NCBI GenBank assembly: GCA_040752695.1
Contig: JBFMGO010000075.1
Span: 1-31,049, forward strand
DNA: 31,049 bases
Direction: 5' to 3'
Source: a bacterium
GTDB taxonomy: Bacteria; SZUA-182; DTGQ01
Positions 26,371 through 31,049 of the stretch are shown piece after piece. The notes beneath the pieces were generated by a model, which made no database searches, was not told the origin of the DNA, and saw only the letters and a list, made by a program, of their open reading frames with translations. Position numbers and translations under genes: made by a program. Position 1 is the stretch's first letter; the number at the start of each line of letters is the position of its first letter.

Positions 26371-27605
26371 AAAAGACGAAAGGAATAAAAATATTGATAG
26401 TGGCCATACTTCTGGCTGCTGGAGCCACTGCCTCGGTTTTTTGGTGGCGAAAGACGCTTGATGCCAGGCAAAAGGAATTAAAGCCGCTCATGGCAACTGC
26501 CATCCGACGGGATTTCACCTCGTCGGTTCTGGCCACAGGTGCGGTCAGGCCGCAGGTAGGGGCTGAGGTACATGTCGGTGCCCGGATATCGGGTAAGGTG
26601 ACTCAGTTGAAGGCCAATATCGGGGATATGGTGAAAAAGGGGCAGGTAATTGCCGAACTGGAGAAGGAAGACCTCGAAGCTATGGTAGCCCAGCGTCAGG
26701 CCGAGCTTGACCTTGCCAGGGCCAAACTCTCGGCGCTGGAAGCGCTGCGGCCGAAGGATATCCCAAAGGCCCGGGCGGAAGTCGATCAGTGGGAGGCCAC
26801 GGTAGCTCTGGCCCAAAAAGAGCTTGAGCGTGAAGATGGCCTGCTCAAGGATGATTTTACCACCCAGCAGGCGCGGGACCGTGCCAGGGAGCAGTTATCA
26901 GTGGCTGAGGCGCAATTGGTCTCCGCGCAAAAAAGGCTTGAGGTGCTTATCACCCGCTATGAGCAGGACCTGAAGCAGGCGCAAACCGAAGTGGCCCGCG
27001 CCAAAGCCGGTCTGGATCAGGCCAGGGTACAGCTTTCGTATGCTACTATAGTGGCCCCTATCGCCGGGGCCATAGCTTCCGTCTCCACCCAGGAGGGGGA
27101 AACGGTAGCCGCAGGTCTCAATGCGCCGACCTTTGTCACCATCATCGACCTTGACCGCCTGCAGGTGGATGCCTACGTGGACGAGGTAGATATCGGCAAG
27201 GTCAAGCCCGGTCAGAAAGCCATATTCACGGTCGATGCCTTTCCCGATCAGGAGTTTGAAGGCAGGGTCAATGCCATTTATCCGAAGGCGGTTATTCAGG
27301 AAAATGTGGTTAACTATGATGTGGTGGTCGAGATCACGGCGCCGCCTGCGGGGCTCCTGCGCCCCGAGATGACGGCCAGCGTGACCATTTTTCTTGACCG
27401 GCGAAAAGATGTTTTGGCACTTCCGGCCAAGGCCATTGGCAGGGAGCAGGGGAAGAACGTGGTCTATGTGCCGGATAAGGATGGCCAGCCCAGCCAGCGA
27501 GAAATCAAGATCGGCTGGAAAGATGGCCAGTGGGTTGAGATTGTCTCAGGTTTGAGCGAACGAGAGAGCGTACTTCTTGATCTTCCACCAAAACCAGACA
27601 AATGA
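26367..27605 (+). CDS. MacA-like periplasmic adaptor (membrane fusion protein)
   Basis: GTG overlaps the upstream TGA; N-terminal anchor, VGARISGKV..GDMVKKGQVIAE, long helical hairpin, IVAPIAG, VDEVDIGKVKPGQ, LRPEMTA. Confidence 0.93.
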   Translation: MKKTKGIKILIVAILLAAGATASVFWWRKTLDARQKELKPLMATAIRRDFTSSVLATGAVRPQVGAEVHVGARISGKVTQLKANIGDMVKKGQVIAELEKEDLEAMVAQRQAELDLARAKLSALEALRPKDIPKARAEVDQWEATVALAQKELEREDGLLKDDFTTQQARDRAREQLSVAEAQLVSAQKRLEVLITRYEQDLKQAQTEVARAKAGLDQARVQLSYATIVAPIAGAIASVSTQEGETVAAGLNAPTFVTIIDLDRLQVDAYVDEVDIGKVKPGQKAIFTVDAFPDQEFEGRVNAIYPKAVIQENVVNYDVVVEITAPPAGLLRPEMTASVTIFLDRRKDVLALPAKAIGREQGKNVVYVPDKDGQPSQREIKIGWKDGQWVEIVSGLSERESVLLDLPPKPDK

Positions 27606-27620
27606 ACGGAGTAAAAGAGC

Positions 27621-28355
27621 ATGATTGAGCTTGATGGCATTACCAAAACCTATACCAAGGGAACCGTTACCACACAGGTCCTGAAAGGGATCAGCTTTCG
27701 TATCGAGGCTGGTGAATATACCTCTATTATGGGCACTTCAGGCACGGGCAAATCGACACTGATGAATATCCTGGGCTGCCTTGACAAGCCCACTTCCGGC
27801 CATTACCACCTGGACGGCATCGATATGATCAATCTGGATGACAGGGCACTGTCACAGCTTAGAAACCGCAAGATCGGCTTTGTTTTTCAGCAATTTCATC
27901 TTCTTGACCGCACCACTGCCCTGCGCAACTGTCTTTTGCCTCTTATTTATGCGGATCATTACCCGGACGATGCGCACAAGCGGGCCAAAAAGGCCCTTGA
28001 GGCAGTGGGACTCTCGGACCGGATCATGCACAGGTCCGGCGAACTTTCCGGCGGCCAGCAGCAGCGGGTAGCCATAGCGCGGGCGCTTATCACCGATCCT
28101 GAAATCATTCTGGCAGATGAACCTACGGGAAACCTGGACGAGCGAAGCGGCCTTGAAATTATGGCCATATTCAAACGCATGCACAGCTCTCACAAGACCA
28201 TCATCATGGTTACCCATGACCAGAAGGTGGCCGAACAGGCGGATAGGATCATTGTTCTGAAGGATGGGCTGGTAGCCGAAGACCGGAAAACAGCCCGATC
28301 CCGCCACTCTGAAATCGAGCATCAAGAGATGGCTGATAAGGAGAGAAGAAAATGA
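27621..28355 (+). CDS. ABC transporter ATP-binding protein (MacB-type NBD)
   Basis: [38 protein letters not shown]. Confidence 0.95.
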   Translation: MIELDGITKTYTKGTVTTQVLKGISFRIEAGEYTSIMGTSGTGKSTLMNILGCLDKPTSGHYHLDGIDMINLDDRALSQLRNRKIGFVFQQFHLLDRTTALRNCLLPLIYADHYPDDAHKRAKKALEAVGLSDRIMHRSGELSGGQQQRVAIARALITDPEIILADEPTGNLDERSGLEIMAIFKRMHSSHKTIIMVTHDQKVAEQADRIIVLKDGLVAEDRKTARSRHSEIEHQEMADKERRK

Positions 28356-29584
28356 GATCGATCAGGATTGCCAGGGAAGGGATGAGTGCACTTTGGGCTA
28401 ACAAGCTGCGTACCTTCTTCATGACTGCCGGAACCATTGCGGGCATAGCTGCCCTGACCATCATCATGTCCATCGGCAAAGGGGTCGAGAAAAAGGTAGC
28501 AAAGAGGGTAGCCAGCTTCGGCTATGATGTTATCATGGTGACAGCAGGCGGAGGCAAGGGATTTTCGCCACCCCAGGAGGGCATCACTACCTTAAGAATG
28601 GAGGATGCTGAGGCTATAAGGGAGCAGGTGCAGGGAATTGAAATCGTCTCTCCCTTTGCCATAAAGCGGGATATGGCCGTGAAGTCAGGCTCAAACCGGC
28701 AGTCGGCCTCCGACCAGACGCAGACCATAGTCATGGCTGGAGAGCCGAGTTTCCACAAGGCCTGGGGCTGGTACCCGGAGGGCGATCCCATAACCGATGA
28801 AGATGAGGCCACTATGGCCCGCGTGTGTGTCCTGGGAAAGAACCTGGTGAGGGATCTTTTCGGAACCGAGAACGCAGGCAGCGTGATTGGCGAATATATC
28901 CAGATCAACAACATCCGGTTCAAGGTCAAGGGGATCCTTGAGACCCGTGGTCAAAGCCCTATGGGCGATGATTTTGATTCACGGCTGCTTATCCCTTTGT
29001 CCACAGGGCTTCGGCGCACCTTTAACCAGGATTACATCACCAACATCAGGGTCAAGGTCAAAGATCCAGGCCAGCTTGTTCCTCTGGGAGATGAGATCCG
29101 CAACCTTCTGCACGAACGGCACCACATTACCCCGCCGCAGGAGGATGATTTTGCCATATTCTCCGCTGCGGAAATCGCCAAAATGGCCCGTGGAGTCGGA
29201 AGGACGCTGACTATCCTGCTCGTTGCCCTGGCTGGCTTGAGCTTGCTGGTGGGTGGAGTTGTTTTGATGAACATTTTGCTCATATCGGTCGGTGAAAGGA
29301 CTAAAGAGATCGGGCTTCGGCGGGCGCTTGGTGCGACCCGTAAGGACATTCTCTGGCAGTTTCTGGCAGAATCTCTGGCCGTGACTTTCCTGGGGATGGT
29401 TCTGGGAGGATCTTTTGGACTGGGAGTTTGTCTTTTTCTGGGCAAATTTACCAAAGTGCCGATGGCACTCTCCTGGGAGCCTTTTGCCTTAGGCTTATTC
29501 TTTGCCTTTATAGTCGGTATTTTATTTGGGAACCAGCCTGCGCGGGCCGCAAGCCGGTTGCATCCTGTGGAAGCTTTGCGATGA
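28352..29584 (+). CDS. MacB-type ABC permease
   Basis: ATGA overlap; ANKLRTFF, VGGVVLMNILLISVGERTKEIGLRRALGA, QFLAES, HPVEALR. Confidence 0.94.
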   Translation: MRSIRIAREGMSALWANKLRTFFMTAGTIAGIAALTIIMSIGKGVEKKVAKRVASFGYDVIMVTAGGGKGFSPPQEGITTLRMEDAEAIREQVQGIEIVSPFAIKRDMAVKSGSNRQSASDQTQTIVMAGEPSFHKAWGWYPEGDPITDEDEATMARVCVLGKNLVRDLFGTENAGSVIGEYIQINNIRFKVKGILETRGQSPMGDDFDSRLLIPLSTGLRRTFNQDYITNIRVKVKDPGQLVPLGDEIRNLLHERHHITPPQEDDFAIFSAAEIAKMARGVGRTLTILLVALAGLSLLVGGVVLMNILLISVGERTKEIGLRRALGATRKDILWQFLAESLAVTFLGMVLGGSFGLGVCLFLGKFTKVPMALSWEPFALGLFFAFIVGILFGNQPARAASRLHPVEALR

Positions 29585-30810
29585 AACTGATTCGAAACAC
29601 GGTCTTATCCCTGGAAATTCTGGCCAGTCATAAGGTGAGGACACTTTTGAGCCTCACCGGCATTGTGGTCGGCGTCGGAGCAGTGGTCCTGATGGGGTCG
29701 CTTGGCCGGGGTGCGCAGGCTCGCATCCTTGGCCGCATCAGGGCTATGGGCACGAATCTGATCGTAGTGAGTGCAGGAAAAACCCAGATTATCGCTGGCC
29801 GCCAGCGTCAGATGACTATCGTGACCACTCTTGTTCCAGACGATGCCAGCCAGATTATGAAGCACTGCCCTTCCGTGGAACTGGCCGCTGCTGCCACACG
29901 CCAGAATCTTGCGATTCGCTGGGAATCGGAAAATGCCATGACCAGTGTCGTGGGCATGGCTTGTGATGGCTTTCGCATCCGTAATATTACGGCTGCTTCG
30001 GGCCGTCTCTTCGATTCGAAAGATAGCAGGGCCAGACGCAGAGTGGCCGTCGTAGGCCCCACCGTGGTTCAAAACCTTTTTGGTGGGGCCGATCCGGTCG
30101 GCCTCACCATTCGAATCGGCAAGGTTCCTTTTGAAGTGATCGGTGTCAGCGCACCAAAGGGCACAGACGTAAATGGCGCGGACCAGGACGATCTGATTCT
30201 GGTGCCCCTTGAAACTGCCCTGCGAAGGCTTCTTAATGTTACCTATGTGCAGACCATCTATGCTCAGGCTCGAAATTCTGAAGGATTAAATCTTGCGGAA
30301 AATGAAATCAGACAAATTTTACGGCAGCGACACAGGCTTGGGAGTAATCTGGCAGATAAACCGGACGACTTTACCATCCAGAATCAGGCGACCCTGCTTG
30401 AGGCTGAGGGAGAAACGATGCGCTCCATGATGCTCCTGATAGGCAGCGTAGCGGGAATTTCCCTGCTGGTGGGTGTTTTTGGGATTCTGGCAGTCATGAC
30501 TATCTCCGTGCGAGAGCGCAGACGGGAAATTGGCTTGCGCCGGGCAATTGGGGCAAGCAGGCAGGATATTCGAAACCAGTTTCTGGCAGAAGCCACGATC
30601 CTGTCCGCAATCGGCGGACTGAGCGGTGTTCTGCTCGGAGTCGGCATCACCTATGCCGTGGCTCATCTTGGCTACTGGGATGCTCTTATTTCCTGGACTG
30701 CTGCTGGTGCGGCCATGCTCTTTTCATTGGCTGCGGGGATTGTATTCGGAATTTACCCTGCTGCACGCGCTGCCGCTCTTGAGCCTATCCAGGCGCTGAG
30801 AGCCGAATAG
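29581..30810 (+). CDS. MacB-type ABC permease (second subunit)
   Basis: Start ATG 29581 overlaps the upstream stop (ATGA); SHKVRTLLS, SVRERRREIGLRRAIGA, FGIYPAARAA, PIQALRAE. Confidence 0.94.
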   Translation: MKLIRNTVLSLEILASHKVRTLLSLTGIVVGVGAVVLMGSLGRGAQARILGRIRAMGTNLIVVSAGKTQIIAGRQRQMTIVTTLVPDDASQIMKHCPSVELAAAATRQNLAIRWESENAMTSVVGMACDGFRIRNITAASGRLFDSKDSRARRRVAVVGPTVVQNLFGGADPVGLTIRIGKVPFEVIGVSAPKGTDVNGADQDDLILVPLETALRRLLNVTYVQTIYAQARNSEGLNLAENEIRQILRQRHRLGSNLADKPDDFTIQNQATLLEAEGETMRSMMLLIGSVAGISLLVGVFGILAVMTISVRERRREIGLRRAIGASRQDIRNQFLAEATILSAIGGLSGVLLGVGITYAVAHLGYWDALISWTAAGAAMLFSLAAGIVFGIYPAARAAALEPIQALRAE

Positions 30811-31036
30811 TACTGAAAATCTTTTCTGATAGCTCTAAGCCTACCTGGCAGTGTTTTTCACTTCCTTGCCATGTATACTGTATCGATTTATTCCCACGAA
30901 GTATGTATTTTGAGATAAATTCTTGGTAGTGATAAACAAGTAATGCTGGAGGATTTTTCCGGATAGAGTGAGGAAAGTAGACGACAATTCATTAGAGTTA
31001 CTTCTAAGCGATAAAACTTCTGAAAAGGAGCCAATA

Positions 31037-31049
31037 ATGAATTGTCCTT
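31037..31049 (+). CDS. Start of a gene running off the window (MNCP...)
   Basis: AAGGAG RBS 6 nt before the ATG; only four codons visible. Confidence 0.45.

Noticed and set aside
29428..29580. 51-aa N-terminal extension of the last permease
   Set aside because: It overlaps the previous gene; the ATGA coupling at 29581 gives a normal-length permease.

Overview
Chromosomal window from a diderm (Gram-negative), probably anaerobic bacterium; the tilS-ftsH-folP-pdxJ order resembles Desulfobacterota, but the taxon is only inferred. Left to right: a radical SAM gene (MSMEG_0568/NitD-like); an AT-richer zone (~1280-3400) with a truncated multiheme cytochrome c fragment and a promoter-flanked, highly structured candidate non-coding RNA; an OmpA-family lipoprotein; a CheY-like receiver; a NUDIX hydrolase; tilS, ftsH, folP and pdxJ. 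Next come a five-gene envelope transport cassette (LolA-like protein, two LolC/E-type permeases, LolD-type ATPase, probable outer-membrane beta-barrel), a hexapeptide acyltransferase, and a ~2000-aa secreted protein with two 8-bladed PQQ-like propellers and 12 HYR-like domains. The right end holds a remnant ending in a VPLPA/PEP-CTERM-like tail and a Crp/Fnr regulator with an FNR-like palindrome heading a TolC-MacA-ATPase-two-permease exporter. I saw no tRNA, rRNA, CRISPR array or intact mobile element. The best candidate for something undescribed is the structured RNA at ~2410-2620. All calls come from reading motifs by eye; no searches were run.
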